64,000 nt of DNA from Malacoraja senta. Lineage: Eukaryota. The notes below the pieces were generated by a model. It was given only the letters and a program-made list of their open reading frames with translations. It was not told the DNA's origin and ran no database searches. Made by a program: the position numbers and the translations under genes. Shown here piece after piece: positions 11,950 through 23,591 of this stretch (positions within the stretch are counted from its first letter, which is position 1; each line of letters opens with the position of its first letter). The stretch covers positions 11,472,001-11,536,000 of the forward strand of contig CM075994.1 in NCBI GenBank assembly GCA_038087875.1, in the 5' to 3' direction.

Positions 11950-13205
11950 CGGTTCCACGGAGATCCCCTCCGAAGCGACGTGGTGAAAACGCAATGTCGC
12001 AATCGGCGGGTCGAATTTGCCGCCTGCGGGCTGGAATCTGGAACTCCGGTCCACACAGTTCAGGCGGATGCATCCCCATAGATGACTTCCAAGGCTTAAT
12101 TTGCGGGCCCGTATTTCGGCTCCGCGGCGGATAAGGATCGCCACTCGATCGGCGCGGCAATACCCGTCGGACAGCGGGGTCGCCGTGCGTTCCCAGCCTA
12201 TCGCGATTTAGACAGATTCCCGGAAGCTGTACGCACACGCGTTCGGTCACCAGTTGACGTGTCGCGAACCGAACATAGCGCCGCCGACTCTTCGGGTGTC
12301 TCCGAACACCGTGCTGCACCCGCCGAATACTTCACCGACGCCCCGTGCGGAAAACGCGTGTTGTAATCGGTGGGTCGAATCTGTCTCATGCAGTCGGGTC
12401 TCGGGAACTCCGGCCCGGCCTGACCGAGTGGATCCATCCCCATAGAATACATCGGAGGCCGAATCTGTGGGCTTGTATCTCGGCTCCGCGGCGGCGTCGG
12501 CTGGACGTTCCGGAACGCATCAACTCGTCGCGGCAGTCCGCTGTGGAGATCGAGATTGCCGGGCATTTCACAGCCTACCGGGATTTCAGGTGGTTCCCGG
12601 CAGCGGTACATACACTCGGTCATGTCACCAGTTGAAGATTCTCGGCTCGATCGGGGGCCACCGACTCTTCTGGTGTTTCCAAACCCCGTGCAGCGCCCGC
12701 CGAGCTCCACGCCGAAACCCCGTGCTGAAAACAGAATGTTGGAACCGGCGGGTCGAATCTGCCGCCTGCAGCCAGGGTTCTGGATCTCCGGCCCGGCCAG
12801 TCCGGCTGCATCCATCCCCATAGCCGACTGAATTTGCGGGCCTGTATCGCAGCTGCACGGCGGCTTGAGCTCGCCGTTTCGGTGCTCATCGAGTCATCGC
12901 GGAAGTCCGCGTTGTAGAGCCGGGTCGCCGGGTACCCCCGGATTTACCGCGAATTCGGCTGATTTCCCGGCAGCGGTAATCACGCGACTGATCACCGGTG
13001 GAGGAATCGCCGCACACTCGAGAGGCAGACGACTCTTCCTCTGTCTCCGAACATCGTGCTGTACCCGCCGAGCTGCCCGCTGGAACCACGTGCTGAAAAC
13101 GCAATTTTGCAATCAACGGGACGAATCTGCCGCCCGCATCCAGAACTCTGAAACTCCAGCCCGGCCAGAACGTGTGGATCCATCCCCCATAGAAGACTTC
13201 CGAGG
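11950..13205. repeat. Diverged CpG-rich tandem repeat, ~370 bp unit, ~3.4 copies
   Basis: Anchor CATCCCC(C)ATAG at 12071, 12435, 12813 and 13181; recurrent GTG..GAAAACGC and GGGTCGAATCTGCCGCC. Confidence 0.8.
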
Positions 13206-16200
13206 CAATAGACAATAGACAATAGATGCAGGAGTAGGCTATTCGGCCCTTCGAGTCAGCACCGCCATTCAATATGATCATGGCTGATCATCCACAATCA
13301 GTGGATGTAGTGTATCTAGACTTTCAGAAAGCCTTTGATAAGGTCCCGCACGGGAGATGGTGACTAAAATTGGAGCACATGGTATTGGGGGTAGGGTGTT
13401 GACCTGGATAGAAAATTGGTTGGCAGACAGGAAGCAAAGTGTAGGAGTGAACTGGTGAATGGATCCTTTTCAGAATGGCAGGCAGTGGCGAGTGGAGTGC
13501 CACAAGGCTCGGTGTTGGGGCCGCAACTGTTTACCATATATATTAATTATGTCGAAAAAGGAATTAGGAGCAACACTAGCAAGTTTGCGGATGACACAAA
13601 GCTGGGTGGCAGTGTGAACTGTGAAGAGGATGTTCAGTATAGGAGTAGAGAGGTTCTTCTGCAGTTGTATAGGGCTCTGGTAAGACCACATCTGGAGTAT
13701 TGCGTACAGTTTTGGTCGCCTAATTTGAGGAAGGACATCCTTGTGATTTAGGCAGTGCAGCGTAGGTTCACGGGATTGATCCTTGGGATAGCGGGACTGT
13801 CATATGAGGAAAGATTGAAAAGACTAGGCTTGTATTCACTGGTGTTTAGGAGGATGAGGGGGGATCTTATAGAAACATGTAAAATCATAAAAGGACTGCA
13901 CAAGCTAGATGCAGGAAAAATGTTCCCATTGTTGGGCGAATCCAGAACCAGGGACCACAGTCTTAGAATAAATGGGAGGCCATTTAAGACTGAGGTGAGA
14001 AAAAACTTTTTCACCGAGAGAGTTGTGAATTTGTGGAATTCCCTGCCACAGATGGCAGTGGAGGCCAAATCACTGGATGGATTTAAGAGAGAGTTAGATA
14101 GAGCTCTAGGGGCTAGTGGAATCAAGGGATATGGGGAGAAGGCAGACACGGGTTATTGATTGGGGACGATCAGCCATGATCGCAATGAATGGCGGTGCTG
14201 GCTCGAAGGGCCGACTGGTCGCCTCCTGCACCTATTTTCTATGTTTCTATGTTTCTAGTACCCCGTTCCTGCTTCCTCTCCATATCCCCTGACTCTGCTA
14301 TCTTTAAGAGATCTATCTAATTCTCTCTAGAAAGTATCCGGAGAACCGGCCTCCACCGCATTCTGTGGCAGAGAATTCCACAGACTCAACTCTATGTGTG
14401 AAAAAGTGTTTCCTCATCTCCGTTCTAAATAGCTTACTACTTATTCTTAAACTGTGGCCCTTGGTTCTGGACCCCCTCCCCCCAACATCGGGAACATGTT
14501 ACCAGCCTCTAGCGGGTCCAAACTCTTAATAATCAGATATGTTTCAATAAGATCCCCTTAAATCCTTCTAAATTCCATAGTATACAAGCCCAGCCGCACC
14601 ATTCTATCATCATATGACAGTCCCGCTATCCCGGGAATTAACTTTGTGAACCTACGCTGCACTACCTCAATAGCAAGAATGTCATTCCTCCAATTTGGAG
14701 ACCAAAACTGCACACAATACTCCAGGTGTGGTCTCACTATGGCCCTGTACAACTGCAGAAGGACCTCTTTGCTCCTACACTCAACTCCTCTTGTTATGAA
14801 TGCCATATGCCATTCGCTTTCCCCATTGCCTGCTGTACCTGCATGCTTACTTTTATTGACTTATGAACAAGGACCCCCAGATCCCGTTGTACTACCCCTT
14901 TTCCCAACTTAGAAACATAGAAACATAGAAAATAGGTGCAGGAGTAGGTCATTCGGCCCTTCGAGCCTGCACCGCCATTTGATATGATCATGGCTGATGA
15001 CCCAACTCAGTATCCCATCCCTGCCTTCTCTCCATACCCCCTGATCCCTTTAGCCACAAGGGCCACATCTAACTCCCTCTTATATATAGCCAATGAACTG
15101 GCCTCAACTACCTTCTGTGGCAGAGAATTCCACAGATTCACCACTCTCTGTGTAAAAAATGATTTCCTCATCTCGGTCCTAAAAGTCTTTCCTCTTATCC
15201 TTAAACTGTGACCCCCTAGTTCTGGACTTCCCCAACATCGGGAATAATCTTCCTGCATTAGCCTGTCCAACCCCTTAAGAATTTTGTACGTTTCTATAAG
15301 AGCCCCCCTCAGTCTTCTCAATTCCAACGTGAATCTAATCTGAATTTGAGAGAATTTAGATAATAATCTGCCTACCTGTTGCTTATCAAAGTGGATAACC
15401 TCACATTTATCCACATTACCCACTCATCCAACCTGTCCAAGTCAGCCTGAATTCTGCAGGCACATTCCACAGGCATTGTCACTTTTCATTTCACTGCACA
15501 TTTCGTATGCGTATGTGACAAATAGACTTGACGACGTGACATTCTCATAGCATCCTCCTTACAGTTCCTCTTTTCCAACTTGACACAATTTGGATTCAAG
15601 TTTCAAGATTCAAGATTTCTGCCTTCCTGTTTTTGCTACCAAAGTCGATAATCTCACATTCATCCACATTAAACTTCATCTGCCATGCATCTGCCCACGC
15701 ACCAAACCTGTCCAAGTCACCATGCATCCTCCGCACAGTTCACACTGCCACCCTGCTTTGTGTCATCTGCACATTTGCTAATGTTACTTGTAATCCCTTC
15801 ATCTAAATCATTAATGTATATTGTAAATGACTGTTTCCCAGCACCAAGCCTTGCGGTTCCCCCAATAGTCACTGCCTGCCATTCTGAAAGAGACCCATTA
15901 ATCCCTACTCTTTGTTTCCTGTCTGTCAACCAATTTTCTATGCATGTCAGCACTCTACACCCAATACCTTGTGCCCTAATTTTGCCCACTAATCTCCTAT
16001 GTGGGACTTTATCAAACGCATTCTGAAAGTCCAGGTACACTACATCCACTGGCTCTTCCTTGTCCATTTCCTAGTTGCATCCTCAAAAAATTCCAGAAGA
16101 TTAGTCAAGCATGATTTCCCCTTCGTAAATCCGCGCTGACTCGGACCTATCCTGTTACTGCTATCCAAATGTGATGCTATTTAATCTTTTATGATTGACT

Positions 16201-16657
16201 CCAGCATCTTCCATACCACCGATGTCAGGCTAACTGGTCTATAATTCCTTGTTTTCTCTCTCCCGCCTTTCTTAAAAAGTGGGTTAACATTAGCTTCCCT
16301 GATCCTGAATCTATAGAACATTGGAAAATGATTACCAATGCGTCCACGGTTTCTAGAGCATATCCTTAAGTACCCTGGAATGCAGACCATCAGGCCCTTG
16401 GGATTTATCAGCCTTCAGTCCCATCAGTCTACCCAACACCATTTCCCGCCTAATGTGGATTTTCTTCAGTTCCTCCGTCACCTCAGATCCCCTGGCCACT
16501 AGTACATCAGGAAGATTGTTTGTGTTCTCATTAGTGAAGACGGATCCAAAGCATCTGTTCAACTCCATCTGCCATTTCCTTGTTCCCCATAATAAATTCA
16601 CCCTTTTGAGTCTTCAAGGGTCCAAATTTGGTCCTAACTATTTTTTTCCTCTTCACA
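13206..16657. mobile_element. Nested CR1 fragments (13300-14255 plus; 14256-16657 minus)
   Basis: SGVPQGSVLGP, KFADDTKLGG, LVRPHLEYCVQFWSP, VDVVYLDFQ.AFDKVPH; (TTTCTATG)n tails. Confidence 0.9.
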
Positions 16658-17039
16658 TCTATATAACTAAAAGTCTCATCTTGACCACTTCCTGTCTGCG
16701 CTGTATAGTGATTTTAGAAAAAACGTTACCATATTTCGCTATGATTTTTGGTCATCTTACTCACAGTCCTCCTCCGCTGAGACGGCCTCGAGGATTTTTC
16801 CGATCGATGAAAAATTAAAAATCTTGAGATCAGCTGATTGGTCCTCTCCCCTGTCAATCACCATGATGAAGGTAACGTCCCTTCCGGGGGGAGGCAGAAC
16901 TATAAAACCCCGGACGCCTGGAAGCGAGTCAGTCACTCTGGAAGATCGCGAGGGAGAGGCCACAACTGTGATTCTCAGCTGTGAATAAACGGAACTGTGA
17001 ATGTGCATTGTACTTGAAATAAATGATTTGTTAGCCTTT
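16658..17039 (+). mobile_element. Non-autonomous Helitron 1, 5' part
   Basis: A|TCTATATAACTAAAAG start interrupts CR1; body homologous to 20040-20400, 26340-26687 and 44430-44775. Confidence 0.8.
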
Positions 17040-17268
17040 AACCGTTTGCAGTGCAGCATTTCAAAGCAGCTACCACCACCAACAACCGTTTGCAGTGCAG
17101 CATTTTCAAAGCACTTACCACCACCAACAACCATTTGCAGTGCAGCATTTCAAAGCAACCACATTTTCATTTTCAAACCACATTAAGGGCACTCACAGTT
17201 GAGTAGACATGTGTTCAGTGTCATTCACTGCTCAGAGAGACGTGACCTTTCGCTTCCTCCATATTGTG
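17040..17268 (-). mobile_element. Helitron 2 fragment with 44-bp repeats (inside the inversion)
   Basis: Reverse complement of the 44-bp unit at 19795-20035 plus Helitron body. Confidence 0.7.
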
Positions 17269-17269
17269 A

Positions 17270-19592
17270 CAAAAGTGTCTTGTGGAAAATGTGCCTCGTG
17301 AGAAAAGTGCCTCGTGAGAAACGTGCCTCGTGAGAAAAGTGCCTGACTTTGGCTCGAGTCTTCGGCGAGGAGATTGAGGAGAGGAGATTACGCCAAACGT
17401 TGGAGAGGACGGGATGCGGTGAACACATGACGGGTAAGCTGATTCAGTGTGAGGCTTGCAGGATGTGGGAGGTCAGAGACATTGATGGTGCCTCTGTCTG
17501 CTACAACTGTGGTAAGTGTGTCCAGGTTCAGCTCCTGAAGGCCCGCGTTGGGGCACTGGGGAAGCAGCTGGATGACCTCAGGGCCATCCGATGTAACGAG
17601 AGTTTCGTGGATAAGACCAACAGTGAGATTGAGACGCCTAGGCTACAGGAAGAGCGAAGGTGGGTGACTGTGAGAACGAGGAATAAGCGTAGAGTGCAGG
17701 AGACCCCGGTGGCTGTGTGAATGAAAACCTAATGAAAACAGGCACACCCTTTTGGAAGCTGTCGGGGCGGGCGACGCTTCCAGTCCGACAGGTGGACAGG
17801 GTCGGTGGCTCTAACCCAAGCGATGAGATTCGACCGGCGAGACCGACGTCGGGCAGAGCTATAGTGGTGGGTGACTCCATTGTCCGAGGTACGGACTGGA
17901 GATTCTGTTGCGGCAGCCGAGGCTCGAGGATGGGCTGTTGCCTTCCTGGTACCAGGGTTAAAGAGATCATAGACCAACTTCAGAACATCCTCGAGAGGGA
18001 AGTTGGACAACCGGCAGCAGTTGTGCACGTGGGCACAAACGACATCGTGAGGAAGAGGAAGGAGTTTCTGCAACGCAAGTTTAGAGAGTTAGGAAGAAGA
18101 TTGAAAAGCAGGACTTCTGGGGTGGTTATCTCTGGATTGCTTCCAGTACCTCGTGCTAGTGAGGGCAGGAACAGGGAGATAGGGGATCTGAATGAGTGGC
18201 TGGGGATTGGTGCAGGGAGCAAAGATAATGCTTTATAGACCACTGGGATCTCTTCTGTGGTAGTGGTGACCCGTGGAATAGGGAAGGGTTACACCTTAAC
18301 TGGAGGGGGACCAACGTTCTGACAGGCAGGTTTGCTAGTGCTACACGTGTGGGTTTAAACTAAACAGTGGGGGGACGGATTGACAAATTGCGAGTATAAA
18401 GATGGAGGTAAAGGGAAAGCGAGCACAGGAAAAGTTACAAAAGACTTCAGAAGTAATGGGAAGGAAAGTTCGAGACGGATTAAGGTCAGGGCCAATATTG
18501 ACCGGTGTGAGAGGGGAGGTGAATACTGAAGTCAAAGTGTTGTTTATGAGTGCGCGAATATTTGAAATAAAGTGGATGAGCTTGAGGCTCAGTTAGAAAT
18601 TAGCAAGTATGATGTTGTGGGAATGGTTGCAAGAGGACCAGGGCTGGGAACTGAATATTCAAGTATAGACGTCCTATCGAATAGACAGACAGGTGTGCAG
18701 AGGGTGTGGGGTAACTCTGTTGGTGAGGAATGACATTCAGTCCCTTGAGAGGGGTGTCATGAAATCAGATGATACAGAGTCAGTATGGATAGAACTGAGG
18801 AATTGTAAGTGTAAAAAGACCCTAATGGGAAATATCTACTGGCCCCCAAACAGTAGCCTGGATATAGGGTGCAAATTGAATCAAGCGTTAAAATTGGCAT
18901 TTCGTAAAGATAATACTACGGTTGTTATGAGAGATTTCAACATGCAGGTAGACTGGATAACTGAGATTGGTACTGGACCCCAAGAAAGGGAGTTTGTGGA
19001 GTGCCTCCGTGATGGATTCTTAGAGCAGCTTGTACTGGAGCCTATCAGGGAGAATGCAATTCTGGATTTAGTGTTGGGTAATGAACCGGATTTGATAAAG
19101 GAACTTGAGGTTAAGGAGCCATTAGGAGGAAATGACCATAATATGATAAATTTTAATCTACAATTTGAGAGGGAGAAGGGTAAATCGAAGGTGTCAGTAT
19201 TACAGTTGAACAAAGGGGACTATGGAGCCATGAGGGAGGAGCTGGCCAAAGTTGACTGGATAGACACCCTAGTAGGGATGTCAGTGGGACAACAATGGCA
19301 GGTATTTCTGGGAATAATACAGAAGGTGCAGGATCAGTTCATTCCAAAGAGGAAGAAAGATTTCAGGTGCAGCAAGGGGCGACCGTGGCTGACAAGTGAA
19401 GTCAGGGACAGTATAAAAATGAAAGCGAAGAAGTACAGCACAGCAAAGATGAGCGGGAAGCCAGAGGATTGGGTAACTTTTCAAGAGCAACAGAAGAAAA
19501 ATTAAAAAAAAAGGCAATACGGGGAGAAAGATGAGGTACGAAGCTAAGCTAGCCAAGAATATAAAGGAGGATAGTAAAATTGTATTTAGGTA
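17270..19592 (+). mobile_element. CR1 LINE 5' half: 5'UTR 16-bp repeats, ORF1 (Zn finger + SGNH esterase), ORF2 endonuclease
   Basis: QCEACRMWE..CGKC; AIVVGDSIVRG, CCLPG, VVHVGTND; ESVWIEL, DFN, GGNDHN. Confidence 0.92.
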
Positions 19593-19794
19593 CAAGACTA
19601 AATGGGACCGGTTGGGCCAGTGGGAGGTGGGTTTCTGGAGCGCTAGTATGGGTGTTGTGGGCCGAATGGACTGGTTTCCAGGGCTACTATGGACATTGTC
19701 TGCCGAATAAATTATTAGGGTGGCAGCTCAATCACTCAGGCCTAGTGTGCTGGCAGCGCAGTCACTCAGGCCTGGTGGGCTGGCAGCTCCGTCC
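19593..19794 (-). mobile_element. Helitron 1, 3' part (inverted)
   Basis: Degenerate version of the hairpin/CTAG end (CAAGACTAAATGGGACCGGTTGGG); similar to 21961-22170. Confidence 0.7.
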
Positions 19795-20035
19795 CGGTTG
19801 TTGGTGGTGGTAACTGCTTTGAAATGCTGCACTGCAAACGGTTGTTGTTGGTGGTAACTGCTTTGAAATGCTGCACTGCAAACGGTTGTTCGTGGTGGTA
19901 ACTGCTTTGAAATGCTGCACTGCAAACGGTTGTTGGTGGTGGTAACTGCTTTGAAATGCTGCACTGCAAACGGTTGTTGGTGGTGGTAACTGCTTTGAAA
20001 TGCTGCACTGCAAACGGTTGTTGGTGGTGGTAACT
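19795..20035 (+). repeat. 44-bp minisatellite (~5.5 copies), internal to Helitron 2
   Basis: CGGTTGTTGGTGGTGGTAACTGCTTTGAAATGCTGCACTGCAAA. Confidence 0.9.
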
Positions 20036-20039
20036 GGTT

Positions 20040-21120
20040 AACTTCCTGTTTGCACTGTATATTGATTTTGGATAAAACGCTACCACTTACGGCTGTGATT
20101 TTTGGCCATCTTACTCAGCCCCCCTCCGCTCATCAGGTGCAGATGATTCTTTCCATCAATAAAAAATAAAAGTGTTATTAGTGTTTAAAAAATTGTTGAG
20201 AATCTCTCTCCTGTCAATCACGCCATGAAAGCCACGCCCCTTCCGGTGAGAGGGGGGTGGGTTATAAAACCCGGAAGTGTGGGTGTGGCTCAGTCTCTGG
20301 AAGATGGGGAGGAGAGGTCACGACTCTGTCTGAGCGGTTAATCAACTGAAACATTGAATGTCTACTGAACTGTGAGTGTGGTGTTTATGTGGTGTTTTGT
20401 GTGGTTTTATGGTGGTTTTATGGTGTTTCACCCTGCTTGAAATGGTATGAAACTGCATTTGAATGTGGTGGCCTTGCACCTTGCATGAAATGGTATGAAA
20501 ACTGCATTTGAATTTGGTTGTCTTGCACCCTGCTTGAAATGGTGTGAAACTGGACTTGAATTTGGTGGCCTTGCACCCTGCTTGAAATGGTATGAAATTG
20601 CACTTCAATTGGTTGTCTTGCACCCTGCTTCAAGTGGTATGAAATGCACTTGAATTTGGTGGCCTTGCACCCTGCTTGAAATGGCATTAAACAGCACTAG
20701 CATTTGGTGGCCTTGCACTCTGCTTGAAGTGGCATGAAACTGCACTTGAGTTTGGTGGCCCTGCACCCTACTTGAAGTGGTAGGAAACTGTACTTGAGTT
20801 TGGTGGCCCTGCACCCTGCTTGAAGTGGTATGAAACTGCACTTGAATTCGGTGGCCTTGCACCCTGCTTGAAGTGGTTGCAAACTGCACTTGAATTCGGT
20901 GGCCTCGCACCTTGCTTGAAGTGGTAGGAAATCGCAATTGAATTTGGTGGCCTTGCACCCTGCTTGAAATGGTAGGAAACTGCATTTGAATTTGGTGGCC
21001 TTGCACCCTGCTTGAAATGGAATTTCAAGGAATAGCCGTGAGTCAACTGCTCGCCCACCAACCGTGAGTGAGCTGCCCTCTCGTGTGAACATGGGACCCA
21101 ACGGGTCCCACTTAGTCTAG
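20040..21120 (+). mobile_element. Non-autonomous Helitron 3 with 48-bp minisatellite (~12 copies)
   Basis: 3' hairpin TGGGACCC-AAC-GGGTCCCA (21092-21110) followed by CTAG|T. Confidence 0.88.
20231..20296 (+). promoter_or_regulatory. Core-promoter-like module in Helitron (KLF/SP box, ETS, TATA, Inr)
   Basis: GCCACGCCCC, CTTCCGG, TATAAAA at 20263, CCGGAAGT, TCAGTCT with A at 20292. Confidence 0.45.
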
Positions 21121-21960
21121 TATTGTTATATATGTCCGCCACGCATGAAAAAAGAGATACACTTTCCAGATGTTGGATGTGTACACGTGTGCCCATGCAA
21201 TTAAGAGGAGAAATTCCCCTTAAGATTATCGCTTTGAACGTTTCGGAAATGGCCGATTGGTACATGCCCCAGAACCATTACCACCTTCCGGTCTGCTTGT
21301 ATGTCTACCATAAGGACCGTTGCAAATACAAGCCCAAATACAACCGTTCCTACTGTTCCTCTTTCTGGGCCATTCTGGGCCCTTTAGTGAAATAAGGCAA
21401 GAAGGGGAATTTGACATGTCAGGCAATATAGCGGGACCCGAAAGTACGGAACGCTTTGTGCAGTCGAAATCTCAATGTCTTTGACAGTACACGTGTAGGC
21501 TTCAGTCACATTACGGCTCGAAACCGTTCAACTGGATACCCTTTTCAGGACAACTGTTTTCCCCTTATGGTAGAATCCATTAGTGCTTGCAATAGTACCT
21601 ATTTTGTCTACGTTCCCTGTTTGCCCCAGGATAGTTGAGGCTCATATTATTTCCCTCATTTTGTTTATATTAATCGGCACTTTATGTCCTTATCCCAAAT
21701 GTACTCTCAGTCAACATGGAAAGGTTCTTTGCTCTTGCATTTCCTTGCCAGGGCATGGTAAAGGGTGAGAGAGAGAGCATCTATATAGCCTCTGCGTGAG
21801 TAAAGGTTACTAATTTCCCTGCCTTGGAAGAAATTGCTGCGGAGGAGGTGGTCATCCGGACAATTGCTCAGCGAAACAGAATGGATTTGTATATCCTCCC
21901 AGCAGAAAACGTGAGAACTGAATACGTGATAGAATCTGAATGGTGTAATTATATCCCAGA
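21121..21960 (+). pseudogene. env: ERV gamma-type envelope remnant, family 2 (SU + TM ectodomain)
   Basis: CWMC (CxxC) TRVP..GEIPL..LNVSE; CNSTYFV; MERFFALAFP; LEEIAAEEVVIRTIAQRNRMDLYILPAE...ESEWCNYIPD (decayed ISD and CX6CC). Confidence 0.82.
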
Positions 21961-22670
21961 CTAGACTGAGTGGGACCCGTTGGGTCCCAGCATCACCCAA
22001 CGCAATATTCCACCTCTCCACCAATTCCAATATTGGTGGCCAGTGGGGGGAGGGGGCTTTCTGTTGCGCTAGTATGGGTGTTGTGGGCCAAAGGTACTGG
22101 TGTCCAGAGGGCTAGTATGGACATTGTGGGCCGAATGGACTCATGGGCTGGCAGCTCAGTCACTGAGGCCTGGCAATACAGTCACTCAGACCTGGCAGTC
22201 TGGCAGCTGAAAAACAGCCAGAAATTCTGCCCAATACAGGTGAAAGACTGTGAGAGAGAAGGGGGAGAGGGTGGACTGAATATAATATTGGGCTGGCAGT
22301 TCAGTCACTTACGGCTGGTGGTCTGGCAGTTCACTTACTCACGGCTGATGGGCTGGCAGTGCACTCACTCACGGCCGGTGGGCTGACAGTACAGTCACTC
22401 ACGGCTCGTAGGCTGGCAGTGCAGTCACTCACGGCTGGTGGGCTGGCAGTGCAGTCACTCACGGCTGGTGGGCTGGCAGTGCAGTCACTCACGGCTGGTA
22501 CGCTGGCAGTGCAGTCACTCACGTCTGGTACGATGGCAGTTCACACAGTCTCCCCTGCTCCCTTCACCCTCCCACTCTGACCCTTGCCATTCCCCCCCCC
22601 CCACGCATTCAGTCCATCTCCCCACAACCTCCCCCATGCACTCCCACAGAGCATCCATTCCTGCCCATTA
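21961..22670 (-). mobile_element. Helitron 4 3' part with 30-bp repeats
   Basis: A|CTAGACTGAGTGGGACCCGTTGGGTCCCA is the hairpin+CTAG end on the minus strand. Confidence 0.8.
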
Positions 22671-22937
22671 GGTTCCGATTGTGATGAAGAACACGCAGGC
22701 ATGAAAAGTGGAAAAAGGATGTATTAAAGTTTAATATGTGAATGACTTTTAAAAAATAAGAACAATTTAAATGTTAAAGATGAGAATTATTAAGTTCTTT
22801 CTTGTAGTGTCTCTTGTTGCTGCTCACTGCGTCGTTATGTGTGTAGACACATACAGACACACATAGACACACACAGACACACACAGTCTGAGAATTGAAT
22901 ACGTGATAGGATTTGAATGGTGTAATTATATCCCAGA

Positions 22938-23055
22938 CTAGACTAAGACACACACAGACTCACACAGACTTACACACACTCACACACACACACAGACTCA
23001 CACACACAGACTCGCGCACAAACACACACAGACTCACACACACACACACACCCAC

Positions 23056-23111
<56 letters not shown>

Positions 23112-23585
23112 TCACACACACACAGCCTCACACACACAGCCTCTCACACACACATACACAAACACAGCCTCACACACACACAGCCTCACACACACACAAT
23201 CACAGACACACTCACACTCACACACACACAAACAGACTCACTCACACACTCAAACACACACACACACACACAACCAATACCAAAATGCCAAGTAACTTCA
23301 GAACGTGGTGAACATACAGTGTGTAAACCGAATGATTCAAACATTTAAAGCCTCTTGTAGAGGCTGCTGCTGCTGCTGAGGCAAAAACGTGCTTTAAATA
23401 ACGTCCAACAAACACACTCAGCATAGACAGAGCAGTCAGATCTTGAATTATTCAACGACGTCTTCGCTATGCCTTCTGGAGTCAGCGCCATCTTGCCACG
23501 AACAGACTTGACACGAACAGACACACACACACAGACTCACACAGACTCACACAGACTCACACAGACTCACACAGACTCGCACATA
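22938..23585 (-). mobile_element. (CA)n-rich element ending in Helitron-type CTTAGTCTAG
   Basis: A|CTAGACTAAG junction then CA microsatellites around a 250 bp core; paralog at 41026-41888. Confidence 0.5.
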
Positions 23586-23591
23586 CCTTCA

